A DNA stretch of 42,985 nt from Candidatus Vogelbacteria bacterium (GTDB taxonomy: Bacteria > Patescibacteriota > Minisyncoccia > Phycocordibacterales > XYD1-FULL-46-19). The stretch covers positions 1-42,985 of the forward strand of contig CAIPHT010000014.1 of NCBI GenBank assembly GCA_903864935.1. Direction: 5' to 3'. The notes under the pieces are model-generated. The model was given only the letters and a program-made list of their open reading frames with translations, made no database searches and had not been told where the DNA came from. Shown in pieces: positions 17,985 to 27,065 of this stretch. Each line of letters opens with the position of its first letter. Position 1 is the first letter of the stretch. The position numbers were made by a program, and so were the translations under genes.

Positions 17985-19496
17985 ATGACTAGTTATAGGG
18001 GCTATTTTAAGGATAAAAAAATTACCGTGCATGGGCTTGGGCTACTTGGCCGGGGGATTGGCGATGTAATTTTTTTGGCCAAAGAAGGGGCGGATTTGAT
18101 TGTCACGGATTTGAAGGTCAAGGATGATTTGGCCGATTCGTTGGTAAGAATTAAAAAAGAATTAGGCGAGACTTTATATAAAAAAATTAAGTTTGTTCTT
18201 GGCGAACATCGGCTCGGGGATTTCAAAAATCGAGACTTTATTTTGAAAGCAGCGGGAGTGCCCTTAGATTCGCCATTCATTGCCGAAGCGCGCAAAAATA
18301 ATATTCCTATTAAGATGGATGCCTCGTGGTTTGCCGAGCTGGCGCCGGAAGGGGTAATTATTGTTGGAGTGACCGGGACGAGGGGGAAATCTACTACGAC
18401 GCACTTAATCCATGAAATTTTAGAAGCTGCCCAAGGACTCTCCTTTGGGAACCTCTCAAGGAAAGTCCTTGGGCAGGAGAAGGCGGCTCTCGGCAAGATT
18501 TTTCTTGGCGGTAACGTACGAGGACTTGCGACATTGCCCTTGCTTAAGAAAGTAAAGGCGGGGGATATTGTGGTGATGGAGTTGGACTCGTGGCAACTGC
18601 AAGGCTTCGGTGATTCTAAAATTAGCCCAAATATCTCGGTCTTCACCAACTTGATGGTGGATCATCAGAATTATTATGGTTCAGCGGCGAAGGCTATGGG
18701 AGGGGATCCGATGGATATGTATTTTGCTGATAAAGCGAATATTTTCTTGAATCAGAAAGAGGGAGACGAATTAGTTTGTAGTAAGGAGGTTTTAGGTTTG
18801 ATAAGAAAAAAATACCCCGTAAAACTCGCGAAGCTCGTAACGGGGCAAGTAAGAAATTTTGCTGGCCAAGCGATTGTCCCCGATGCTGGAGTGGTGCCTA
18901 AGAGTTGGAAGGTAAAATTACTCGGTGAGCACAATCGCTTGAACATTGCTTATGCGGTGACTGTGGCGAGAATCTTAGATATTCCCGAGAAGATAATTAA
19001 AACAGCGGTAGAAAATTACGTCGGCGTACCGGGCCGCCTAGAATTTGTCCGCGAAGTGAAGGGGGTGAAATATTATAACGATACTACTGCGACAACACCG
19101 GATGGGGTGATTGCGGCGTTGAAGGCTCTTGGTGGTTCCCAAGGACGGTCCTTTGGGGGCCGTTCAAGGACCGTCCTTGGGAACATTGTTTTGATTGGTG
19201 GCGGCCGCGACAAAGAATTAGACTACAAAAAATATGCGCCAGTTGTTAAGAAAAGTGTTAAATCTCTGGCTCTTTTTGCTGGCACCGGTTCAGATAAAAT
19301 AATTAAAGCTCTTGGAAAAACAAAATTCCCCGTAAAAGTTTTTGATAATATGCCCGAGGCTTTCGCTTGGTCTAATAGCTTTGCCAAGAAAGGGGATATC
19401 GTTTTACTTTCTCCCGGCGCGGCTTCTTTTGGTGTCTTCAAAAATGAATTCGACCGTGGCGATCAATTTGTCGCTCAGGTTAAGAAATTAAAATAG
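17985..19496 (+). CDS. murD: UDP-N-acetylmuramoyl-L-alanine--D-glutamate ligase
   Basis: GLGLLGRG, GVTGTRGKSTT, GGN, ELDSWQL, GEHNRLN, GRLE, YNDTTAT, GGRDK and LLSPGAASFGVFKNEFDRG motifs. Confidence 0.96.
   Translation: MTSYRGYFKDKKITVHGLGLLGRGIGDVIFLAKEGADLIVTDLKVKDDLADSLVRIKKELGETLYKKIKFVLGEHRLGDFKNRDFILKAAGVPLDSPFIAEARKNNIPIKMDASWFAELAPEGVIIVGVTGTRGKSTTTHLIHEILEAAQGLSFGNLSRKVLGQEKAALGKIFLGGNVRGLATLPLLKKVKAGDIVVMELDSWQLQGFGDSKISPNISVFTNLMVDHQNYYGSAAKAMGGDPMDMYFADKANIFLNQKEGDELVCSKEVLGLIRKKYPVKLAKLVTGQVRNFAGQAIVPDAGVVPKSWKVKLLGEHNRLNIAYAVTVARILDIPEKIIKTAVENYVGVPGRLEFVREVKGVKYYNDTTATTPDGVIAALKALGGSQGRSFGGRSRTVLGNIVLIGGGRDKELDYKKYAPVVKKSVKSLALFAGTGSDKIIKALGKTKFPVKVFDNMPEAFAWSNSFAKKGDIVLLSPGAASFGVFKNEFDRGDQFVAQVKKLK
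18429..18474. repeat. In-frame palindromic element A within murD
   Basis: gcccaaggact/agtccttgggc 11-bp arms plus inner stems; encodes AQGLSFGNLSRKVLG. Confidence 0.88.
18815..18845. repeat. In-gene CCCCGT...ACGGGG palindrome within murD
   Basis: Same arms as the intergenic hairpin at 12481-12509; loop contains GCGAAGC. Confidence 0.55.
19135..19184. repeat. In-frame palindromic element B within murD
   Basis: Perfect 19-bp inverted repeat gttcccaaggacggtcctt/aaggaccgtccttgggaac; encodes SQGRSFGGRSRTVLG. Confidence 0.92.
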
Positions 19497-19498
19497 TT

Positions 19499-20134
19499 AT
19501 GGAAGAGGTTGATAAATATGCCAAGATAATTTGGGAGTATATGCTAATGCACCACAGCCTCGAACCAATGGATGCAATTTTTGCTCTTGGCTCAAATGAT
19601 ATTCGTGTGGCCGAAAGGGCTGCCGAACTGTATCTCCAAGGCCAGGGGAAATACGTGATATGTTCTGGCGGTAACGGTAAGGCTTCAACTCTACCGAAGA
19701 CGGAGGCAGAAGTCTTTGGTGATGTGGTACTCTCTAAAGGGGTTCCTCAAGATAAGATAATATTAGAACCTAATGCGACGAATACTGGCGAGAATGTTAT
19801 TTTTACTAAAAAACTTTTAGCTGAAAAAGGGTTAAACTTTGAGTCTTTTGTCTTGGTTCAAAAGCCCTATATGGAGAGACGAACTTTTGCTACTTTTAGA
19901 AAACAGTGGCCAGAAGCAAAATGTGTCGTCACTTCGCCTCAAGTCTCTTTTGAGCAATATTATAATAAGGATGAAGATCTGAAAAATAGGTTTATAAATG
20001 TTATGGTTGGAGATCTACAAAGGATTAAAGAATATCCAGCCAGGGGTTTTCAAATTTCACAAGATATTCCAGCGGATGTTTGGGAAGCTTATGAAAAATT
20101 AGTCTCCCTCGGTTATACTAAGTATGTAACTTAA
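19499..20134 (+). CDS. YdcF/DUF218 family protein
   Basis: DAIFALGSND, SGGNG, EAEVF, ILEPNATNTGEN and VQKPYMERR motifs. Confidence 0.88.
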   Translation: MEEVDKYAKIIWEYMLMHHSLEPMDAIFALGSNDIRVAERAAELYLQGQGKYVICSGGNGKASTLPKTEAEVFGDVVLSKGVPQDKIILEPNATNTGENVIFTKKLLAEKGLNFESFVLVQKPYMERRTFATFRKQWPEAKCVVTSPQVSFEQYYNKDEDLKNRFINVMVGDLQRIKEYPARGFQISQDIPADVWEAYEKLVSLGYTKYVT

Positions 20135-20138
20135 ATAT

Positions 20139-21476
20139 ATGAATTTCAAAGATACGGAAAAAGTTTATTTTATTGGGATTGGAGGAATTGGTATTTCAGC
20201 TCTGGCTCAATTGATGCACCACGAAGGGAAGACTGTTTCTGGGACAAATGATAATCCTAGCCCCGAAACCTTAGACCGAGTTCGAGCTTTAGGTATAGAA
20301 ATTAATATTGGTGCCGATATAGATAAGGTGCCCAAAGATGCGGATTTGATTGTTTATAGCTTGGCTTGGGATGATCGCGAGCCAGAATTTATGAAGGCTG
20401 TTCGTGCTCTTGGTATCCCGGTTTTCTCTTACCCTCAAGCTCTTGGTTTGGTTTCGGTTGATAAATATACTATTGCGATTTCTGGTACTCACGGCAAGAC
20501 CACGACTACTGCCATGATTGCCGAGATGATGATTGAAGCGAAGCTTGATCCGACAGTGATAGTGGGGTCGCTTCTTAAATCGGGCTCCAACTTTGTTCCT
20601 GGTGAGAGTAATTATTTTGTGGTTGAGGCTTGTGAATATCGCCGTTCATTTTTAAATCTGAATCCTAATATCGCAATTATTACCAACATTGATAATGACC
20701 ACTTAGATTATTATAAAGATCTCGCTGATATCCAAAGTGCTTTTGTCGAGTTTGTTGGCAAACTTCCGGCAGATGGATTTCTGATTTGCGATACTGATGA
20801 TTTGCTTCTCGTCCCCATTATTGAAGCCGCCAAGAAAGTCGGCGCGCAAATAATTAATTATCGTGCGCCGAGAGAAGAAAACAATGAACTTGGAGGTGAA
20901 ACCTCCAAGTTGGATTTGAAAGTCCCCGGGGAGCATAATATTAAGAATGCAATGTGCGCGCTGTCGGTGGGGGAGATATTGAAAGTCAGCCCCTCGACTG
21001 CGCTCGGGGCACTAAACAAGTTTAGTGGCACCTGGCGGCGTTTTGAATTTAAGGGTGAGACGAAAGAAGGAGCTCTGGTTTATGATGACTATGCACACCA
21101 TCCGACCGAGATCAAAGCTTCTATTTTAGGGGCACGAGAATTCATGAAGAAGCGGGGATTGGAGGGTAAATTAATTATTGCCTTCCAACCCCATCTCTAT
21201 AGCCGAACGAAGTTGCTCAAAGATGATTTTGCCGAGGCCTTGGCTCTGGCGGATCAAGTCATCTTGCTTCCAATTTATGCCGCCCGCGAACCGGTTGACC
21301 CGGAGATAACTTCAGACATTTTAGCCGAATTAATTAGGGCTAAAGGCGGAGCTGTGGATAGCGTCCAGAACCCCCTAGAAGCCTCTAAAATGGCCCTAGA
21401 ACAGGCTCAAAGGGGCGATTTGTTGATTACTATGGGGGCAGGAGATGTTTCCCAATTGGCCTCAAATTTGCTATAA
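20139..21476 (+). CDS. murC: UDP-N-acetylmuramate--L-alanine ligase
   Basis: FIGIGGIGIS, GTHGKTTTT, VEACEY, DNDHLDYY, GEHN, RRFE, DDYAHHPTEI, FQPHLYSRT and MGAGD motifs. Confidence 0.97.
   Translation: MNFKDTEKVYFIGIGGIGISALAQLMHHEGKTVSGTNDNPSPETLDRVRALGIEINIGADIDKVPKDADLIVYSLAWDDREPEFMKAVRALGIPVFSYPQALGLVSVDKYTIAISGTHGKTTTTAMIAEMMIEAKLDPTVIVGSLLKSGSNFVPGESNYFVVEACEYRRSFLNLNPNIAIITNIDNDHLDYYKDLADIQSAFVEFVGKLPADGFLICDTDDLLLVPIIEAAKKVGAQIINYRAPREENNELGGETSKLDLKVPGEHNIKNAMCALSVGEILKVSPSTALGALNKFSGTWRRFEFKGETKEGALVYDDYAHHPTEIKASILGAREFMKKRGLEGKLIIAFQPHLYSRTKLLKDDFAEALALADQVILLPIYAAREPVDPEITSDILAELIRAKGGAVDSVQNPLEASKMALEQAQRGDLLITMGAGDVSQLASNLL
20887..20911. repeat. In-gene perfect palindrome within murC
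   Basis: aacttggaggt-gaa-acctccaagtt, an 11-bp stem encoding ELGGETSKL. Confidence 0.75.
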
Positions 21477-21486
21477 TTACCCCTAT

Positions 21487-21732
21487 ATGAGACACATTAT
21501 TTGGCGCAATCGAGCCAGTGCGATTCTAGGTGTTTTTGTCATGCTGATCCCTTTTACTGGTTTCCCAGAGATTATCAGGGATTCTCTCGTCGTCTTATCG
21601 GGGTTCTTAATTGCCCTTTTTGGTTTTTATCATAGCTCGTCTAATTATGCCCTTGTCGAGGTTGAGGAGGCACACCACCACGCCAAAAAAGGAGACTCTA
21701 GAACCAATGAAGAAACATCATCTCTCGGTTAG
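21487..21732 (+). CDS. Small two-TM membrane protein
   Basis: Two hydrophobic segments with LIPFTGFP; ATG 9 nt after TGCTATAAT. Confidence 0.65.
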   Translation: MRHIIWRNRASAILGVFVMLIPFTGFPEIIRDSLVVLSGFLIALFGFYHSSSNYALVEVEEAHHHAKKGDSRTNEETSSLG

Positions 21733-22915
21733 TCGTCATAGCCTAACATTTTTTGCAATCACGCTGGGACTCTTTGTCTTTGTTTTTATTGCTTTGTCAT
21801 CTTTTCTCTCAACGGGAGCGATGGAGAAAGATAAAGAACCTGGTCTTTATCCTGAGTCAGTCGCTACTTCAGCCCCAGTCGCTTCGTCTGTCTCTGATTT
21901 TTCCCTTCCGCCGACGCTTGTTAGTCATAAAAAAACTCCTCCCGCTACCAAGGCTATTTATATGTCGAGTTGGGTGGCCGGATCGAAGGAGGCGCGTGAA
22001 AAAATGTTGAAGAAATTTGAAGGGACACAAATTAATACTGTCGTTTTAGATATTAAAGATACGACGGGCAAGATCGTTATCAAATTAAATTCTCCAACTC
22101 TAGCTAGATATCAGTCTGAAGAAAGTCGAGTCTCGGATATCAAAGAATTTGTCGAAGAGCTACATGCTAAGGGTTATTATGTTGTGGGACGCATTGCCGT
22201 CTTCCAAGACAATTATCTGACTCGGGTTCGCCCCGATCTCGCGATGCGGCGCAAAGATAATAATGAGCTGTGGCAGGATGCGAAGGGTATGGCTTGGCTT
22301 GATGTTAGCCAGCAAGAAGTTTGGGATTATACCATTGCCTTAGCGAGCGAAGCTTATGCTACGGGGTTTGATGAATTAAATTTTGACTTTGTTCGTTTCC
22401 CAACTGATGGGGATATCTCACAGATTCGTTATCGTAATTATGATCCAAGCAAAGAGACAAGGGTTGAGGCTCTGCGTAAATTCTTTGTTTATCTCCATGA
22501 ACATATCAAAGATATTGGGGTGCCAAGTTCGGCTGATGTCTTTGGGATGGTGACAACGAACGACGATGATCTGGGTATTGGTCAAGTGATGGAGAATATT
22601 GCGCCTTATGTTGATTATATTTCACCAATGCTTTACCCCTTCCAATATCCTAAGGGTTGGCAAGGCTATAAGAGGCCGGCGACTGTCCCTTATAAAGTGG
22701 TTAAGATTAGCCTTGATCGTGGTATCAAAAAAATTGAGGCCCTCGGTTTTTCTAAAGATAAGATTCGTCCGTGGTTGCAAGATTTTGATTTGGGTGCCAA
22801 TTATACTTCGGGCATGGTCAAAGCTGAGCAACAGGCTGTCTATGATGCAGGACTTTCTTCTTGGATGATGTGGGATTCATCCAACAAATACACACTTAGT
22901 GCCTACCAAAAATAA
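21707..22915 (+). CDS. Putative glycoside hydrolase (DUF4015/GHL-like TIM barrel), membrane-anchored
   Basis: KAIYMS, NTVVLDIKD, RIAVFQD, DELNFDFVRFP, SADVFG, DYISPMLYP and RPWLQDF motifs. ATG 21707 precedes the TM helix. Confidence 0.8.
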   Translation: MKKHHLSVSRHSLTFFAITLGLFVFVFIALSSFLSTGAMEKDKEPGLYPESVATSAPVASSVSDFSLPPTLVSHKKTPPATKAIYMSSWVAGSKEAREKMLKKFEGTQINTVVLDIKDTTGKIVIKLNSPTLARYQSEESRVSDIKEFVEELHAKGYYVVGRIAVFQDNYLTRVRPDLAMRRKDNNELWQDAKGMAWLDVSQQEVWDYTIALASEAYATGFDELNFDFVRFPTDGDISQIRYRNYDPSKETRVEALRKFFVYLHEHIKDIGVPSSADVFGMVTTNDDDLGIGQVMENIAPYVDYISPMLYPFQYPKGWQGYKRPATVPYKVVKISLDRGIKKIEALGFSKDKIRPWLQDFDLGANYTSGMVKAEQQAVYDAGLSSWMMWDSSNKYTLSAYQK

Positions 22916-22943
22916 TTCAATTAACTTATAATAGAAAGAGTTT

Positions 22944-24665
22944 ATGGCGGAAACTTTAATAAATTATTTTGGACAAACCGATTTTCGCGGCAAGCGACTT
23001 CGCTTTGGTATTAAAGATGAAGACCGGGCCAAGCACGTTTATATTATCGGTAAGACGGGGATGGGTAAGTCGACCTTGCTTGAGAATATGGTCATCCAAG
23101 ATATTAAGAATGGCGAGGGCGTAGCCTTTGTTGATCCTCACGGTAAGTCGGCTGAATTCTTGCTTGATTTTGTCCCGCCGGAGAGAGTAAAAGATGTTAT
23201 TTATTTTGCCCCCTTTGATCTCGAACATCCTATTTCTTTTAATATTATGGAGGATGTGGGGCAAGACAAGCGCCACTTGGTGGCCAACGGCTTGATGTCC
23301 TCGTTTAAGAAAATTTGGCCGGACGTCTGGTCTAGTCGTATGGAGTATATTCTGAACAATTGCCTCTTGGCCCTTCTTGAATACCCTGAGTCAACCCTGC
23401 TTGGTGTCAATCGTTTGCTCTCAGATAAGGCCTACCGTCAGAAGGTGGTGGATAATATTACCGACCCTTCGGTTCGTTCCTTTTGGGTTGACGAATTTGC
23501 TAAATATAATGAACGTTATATGCAGGAAGCGGGGGATGCGATTAAGAATAAGATTGGTCAATTTACCGCTAATCCTTTGATCCGTAATATTATTGGTCAA
23601 CCTAAGTCCACGATTGATTTGCGCCAAGTCATGGATGATAAGAAAATTTTGATTGTGAACTTGTCTAAGGGTCGCCTGGGAGAACAGAATGCTAACCTCT
23701 TGGGGGGCATTCTGATTACGAAGATTTATTTGGCGGCCATGTCGCGAGCGGGAGCTGAATCTAGCGCCTTATCACGTTTGCCCTATTTCTATCTCTTCGT
23801 TGACGAATTCCAATCTTTTGTAAACGAGTCTTTTGCCGATATTTTGTCTGAGGCCCGCAAGTATAAATTAAGTTTAACAATTGCTCATCAGTATATTGAG
23901 CAGATGCCGGAGGAGGTGAGGAATGCTGTCTTTGGCAACGTGGGTACAACCATTGCTTTTAGAGTTGGCCCCTTTGACGCGGAGGTGCTCGAGACAATCT
24001 TCTTCCCCACTTTCACTAAAGAAGATCTGGTTAATCTTGGTTTTGCTCAAATTTATTTAACCTTATCGATTGATGGTGTTGGCTCGCCACCTTTCTCGGC
24101 CACAACCTTGCCACCAATTCAAGTAGTTGGGGAGTCACTTAAAGAACAGATTATCGCCAATGTTAGACGTGTTTATGCCAAGCCTCGAGAAGTGGTTGAG
24201 AAAGAGGTGGTAGATTGGTATATCCCTGAGCCAAGTGCTGGTTCAAATAAAGGAACAAGCTCGACCTCTGGTGGAGGAGGGGCAAGTGCCCCGGCTCGTG
24301 TCAGTACCGGAGGAGGGGCCTCAGCTCCTTCACGAGCCAAGCCGGTTGAAACCACCACTCCTTTGCCAAGTAAGTCTCAGGTTACTGCACCCCTGCCTCC
24401 CAAACCCCTTACTCCATTAACGCCAAAGGAAGCACCCAAATCTTTTTCCTTAGGAATTTTAAATAATAAACCAAAAGATAATAGAAATAAGAATGAATTA
24501 AAGAATTTTTTGGATGAGATTCTGGCCGGTAAAAAAGAAAAGGCTGTCGTTGCTCCGAAGGTTGAGGTTAAACAAATGCCACAAACCCAAGCTCCCGTGC
24601 AAAATCAAGCTCAGAATAGTATGGAAGCGAAACTAAAAGAAATTCTAAAAGTTGACTCCGAGTAA
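22944..24665 (+). CDS. VirD4/TraD-like (HerA/FtsK superfamily) coupling-type ATPase with a low-complexity C-terminal tail
   Basis: HVYIIGKTGMGKST Walker A, FVDPHG, LFVDEFQ Walker B, LSEARKY, AHQY and GNVGT motifs. Confidence 0.88.
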   Translation: MAETLINYFGQTDFRGKRLRFGIKDEDRAKHVYIIGKTGMGKSTLLENMVIQDIKNGEGVAFVDPHGKSAEFLLDFVPPERVKDVIYFAPFDLEHPISFNIMEDVGQDKRHLVANGLMSSFKKIWPDVWSSRMEYILNNCLLALLEYPESTLLGVNRLLSDKAYRQKVVDNITDPSVRSFWVDEFAKYNERYMQEAGDAIKNKIGQFTANPLIRNIIGQPKSTIDLRQVMDDKKILIVNLSKGRLGEQNANLLGGILITKIYLAAMSRAGAESSALSRLPYFYLFVDEFQSFVNESFADILSEARKYKLSLTIAHQYIEQMPEEVRNAVFGNVGTTIAFRVGPFDAEVLETIFFPTFTKEDLVNLGFAQIYLTLSIDGVGSPPFSATTLPPIQVVGESLKEQIIANVRRVYAKPREVVEKEVVDWYIPEPSAGSNKGTSSTSGGGGASAPARVSTGGGASAPSRAKPVETTTPLPSKSQVTAPLPPKPLTPLTPKEAPKSFSLGILNNKPKDNRNKNELKNFLDEILAGKKEKAVVAPKVEVKQMPQTQAPVQNQAQNSMEAKLKEILKVDSE

Positions 24666-25448
24666 AGAGAGTATTTTTACAATGAAGAGACGGATTTCTC
24701 TTCTGGTTAAAGCCCAATAGAAATTTGGGTAATGTTCTCGATATTTTTTTATCAGCTCTAAATTGAGGGTCATTAATCTTATCCGGTCGGTAAGACTGAT
24801 ATTGCCCGGATGTTTTCTGTAGCCAAGATCAAGCGAAGGCAGATTGTGGAGTTTGTACTTTGCTCCGAGCCGTAGCCACAGGTCATAATCCTCAATACCG
24901 TTTAAATTAAGAGGATAAGCCCCAAGCTTAAGCGCTACCTCCCGACGGTAGAGGGCACTAGAATGAGCAAAAGCATTTTTAGCGAGGAGACTATTCTTAA
25001 TGGCAACAGCGCCTTCAGGATTAACATAGCGCTTAATCTCTTCTCCTTTCTCGTCAATTACGACAACACCTGTTCCAACCAAAGCGTATTCATAATTAAA
25101 ATCTAAGAAGTCGACTTGTTGGCTCAGTTTGTCTTTGGCGAGCCAGACATCGTCGCTATCAAGGACGGCGATATATTCGCCAGTAGATTTTTCTAGGGCG
25201 CGGTTGCGAGTAACACAGATGCCTAAATTTTTCTCATTTTTAAAATATTTAATCCTCTCATCTTTAAGATAGGGGAGTAAGACTTCGTGAGTATTGTCGG
25301 TTGATCCATCATCAACGATAATTAGTTCCCAGTCAGTAAAGTCTTGGGCCAAGATGCTGTCTATGGCCTCAGGTAGATATTGGCCACGATTGTAAGTGGC
25401 CATATTGATACTGACTTTAGGTTTTAATCGCGGGGTAATTTGATCCAT
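24645..25448 (-). CDS. GT2 glycosyltransferase
   Basis: VSINMATYN, ELIIVDDGSTD, LDSDD and EDYDLWLR motifs. Confidence 0.93.
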   Translation of the reverse strand: MDQITPRLKPKVSINMATYNRGQYLPEAIDSILAQDFTDWELIIVDDGSTDNTHEVLLPYLKDERIKYFKNEKNLGICVTRNRALEKSTGEYIAVLDSDDVWLAKDKLSQQVDFLDFNYEYALVGTGVVVIDEKGEEIKRYVNPEGAVAIKNSLLAKNAFAHSSALYRREVALKLGAYPLNLNGIEDYDLWLRLGAKYKLHNLPSLDLGYRKHPGNISLTDRIRLMTLNLELIKKYREHYPNFYWALTRREIRLFIVKILSLLGVNF

Positions 25449-26323
25449 GTTGAGGGAATAATATCGTCAACTTTTATACTACCATTAGTAAACCAGACAT
25501 CTGGGGCAATGACAATTTTGTTTGGATTTTGATTGAGCCAAGCTGGCCACCAGGCAAAACTAGAATTGGCGATAATATTGTGTTGGCATTTACTCATTAG
25601 CATCATTTCTTGATAATCGGTAAGGGGATTTTCTTGTTTTTTCTCTGAGACATAGGTTACCGGATGCCCGTTAAAAGAAATGTTTTCCTTGATCCAGGTG
25701 ATATCTTCGCTAAAGATGAAGAAGGTTGGGTTTTCCACTTTGCTCTCAATATATTTAACTGCTTTTTTGTAGTAATTTTCTGAGCAAATGCCAAAATCTT
25801 TTAAATTTTCTGGCCAGAGATAATCTCCACGCCTAACGGCGAGGGCGATAGAGTTTGTCGAGTTTATCTCGCGCAATAGATCGGGGTGAGTTTGCTCGAG
25901 AGGTATTTTGAGGGAAAAATCTCGTGCCAGAGTCTCTCGGACGTTATCAAAATATTTGTAGCTTTGCCAATAACCATTGAGATAGACATCTTTGTCGCTG
26001 GATATTTTTTCTATTGTTTTTTTGACAAAATTTGTCTCCCAGCCAATATGGTAATTTCTTAGTATCCTAAATTCAATGGCTCGACGGATTTTTCTAAAAA
26101 TACTCTTATCCTTTCGGCCGGGGTCAACTTCCTCTATCTCGTCTAAACTGGCAAAATTTTCAATGATATTGAAAATTCCTAGGCCATATGAGCGGTAAGT
26201 ATCTCGCTCGTAGTCTAGTTTATCTAACTTGAACTCTGTCTTTGTTTCGAGCGATAACCTTCGACCAAACGAATATTGGAACATCTGGTTACCGAGCCCA
26301 CCTTTTAAATTAACGATAATCAT
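25424..26323 (-). CDS. Alpha-1,2-fucosyltransferase-like (GT11)
   Basis: GGLGNQMFQY, GYWQSYKYF, VRRGDY, FSED and IIANSSFAWW motifs. ATG 26323 preferred. Confidence 0.9.
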   Translation of the reverse strand: MIIVNLKGGLGNQMFQYSFGRRLSLETKTEFKLDKLDYERDTYRSYGLGIFNIIENFASLDEIEEVDPGRKDKSIFRKIRRAIEFRILRNYHIGWETNFVKKTIEKISSDKDVYLNGYWQSYKYFDNVRETLARDFSLKIPLEQTHPDLLREINSTNSIALAVRRGDYLWPENLKDFGICSENYYKKAVKYIESKVENPTFFIFSEDITWIKENISFNGHPVTYVSEKKQENPLTDYQEMMLMSKCQHNIIANSSFAWWPAWLNQNPNKIVIAPDVWFTNGSIKVDDIIPSTWIKLPRD

Positions 26324-26333
26324 TTCTTTGACA

Positions 26334-27065
26334 TTATTTTTTAATAAACCAGAAACAGCCACAAGCATAAGAGCTTTTGTTCACTATTTCTTCCTTCTCG
26401 TTAACCACCGGGTCTCCCGATTCTGGGATAAAATAAAATTCTGCAAGTTCTAGGTCAGAAAAAAGCTCTTTAATCATTCGATAAGAATAAATACGATGAG
26501 CATTGAATTCTATTTTAGGTTGGCCAATCGGGACAACAAAGAGGAGGGAGCCACCTTTAGCCAAGACTCTCTTTAGTTCTTTGATTGCTTTAAGATCGCC
26601 GTCTGGGTCGAGGGGGTCGCCATAGCGCCCAAGACCGATATGCTCTATTGTGTGCATGCAAGATAAGGATTCAATACTCTCGTCAGGAAAGGGCAGCTTT
26701 GTTAGGTCGGCGGAGTAAGATTCAAGATTTGAGAGGGTTAACTTGGCTGGCCGGTAATCATAAAATTTTACCGGTAGCGAAGCGGAGAGAGTTGAGCTAA
26801 AGTAGAGGCTCGAAGAAATGTCGGTGTGGAAGTTTGGTTTGAGCTCAAGAACTTTTCTCACGGCCCAGGCTACATGGTAGACATAGTGACGATCGAAATT
26901 TGTGGTAATTGTTTTGTCTTTGATTTGGGGGTAAAAATCTTTTACTTTAATTTCAAATCTCTTCTTATTGTCCGCTTTTTTATATACCAAATAATCTCTT
27001 AGAACAAAAGGAGTTAGAGTTATCCGAATAGTTTTTTTGATGATTTTTTTTAGTTTGTTGCTCAT
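26334..27065 (-). CDS. DUF268-like methyltransferase-fold protein
   Basis: FDRHYVYH, DISS and SCMHTIEHIGLGRYGDPLDPDGD motifs. Confidence 0.8.
   Translation of the reverse strand: MSNKLKKIIKKTIRITLTPFVLRDYLVYKKADNKKRFEIKVKDFYPQIKDKTITTNFDRHYVYHVAWAVRKVLELKPNFHTDISSSLYFSSTLSASLPVKFYDYRPAKLTLSNLESYSADLTKLPFPDESIESLSCMHTIEHIGLGRYGDPLDPDGDLKAIKELKRVLAKGGSLLFVVPIGQPKIEFNAHRIYSYRMIKELFSDLELAEFYFIPESGDPVVNEKEEIVNKSSYACGCFWFIKK

Noticed and set aside
18678-18708. Possible fourth degenerate repeat in murD (GSAAKAMGG)
   Set aside because: Looks like an extra loop, but base pairing is too weak to call.
22944-24665. Conjugative element or ICE
   Set aside because: No relaxase, VirB4, mating-pair genes, integrase or att ends nearby.
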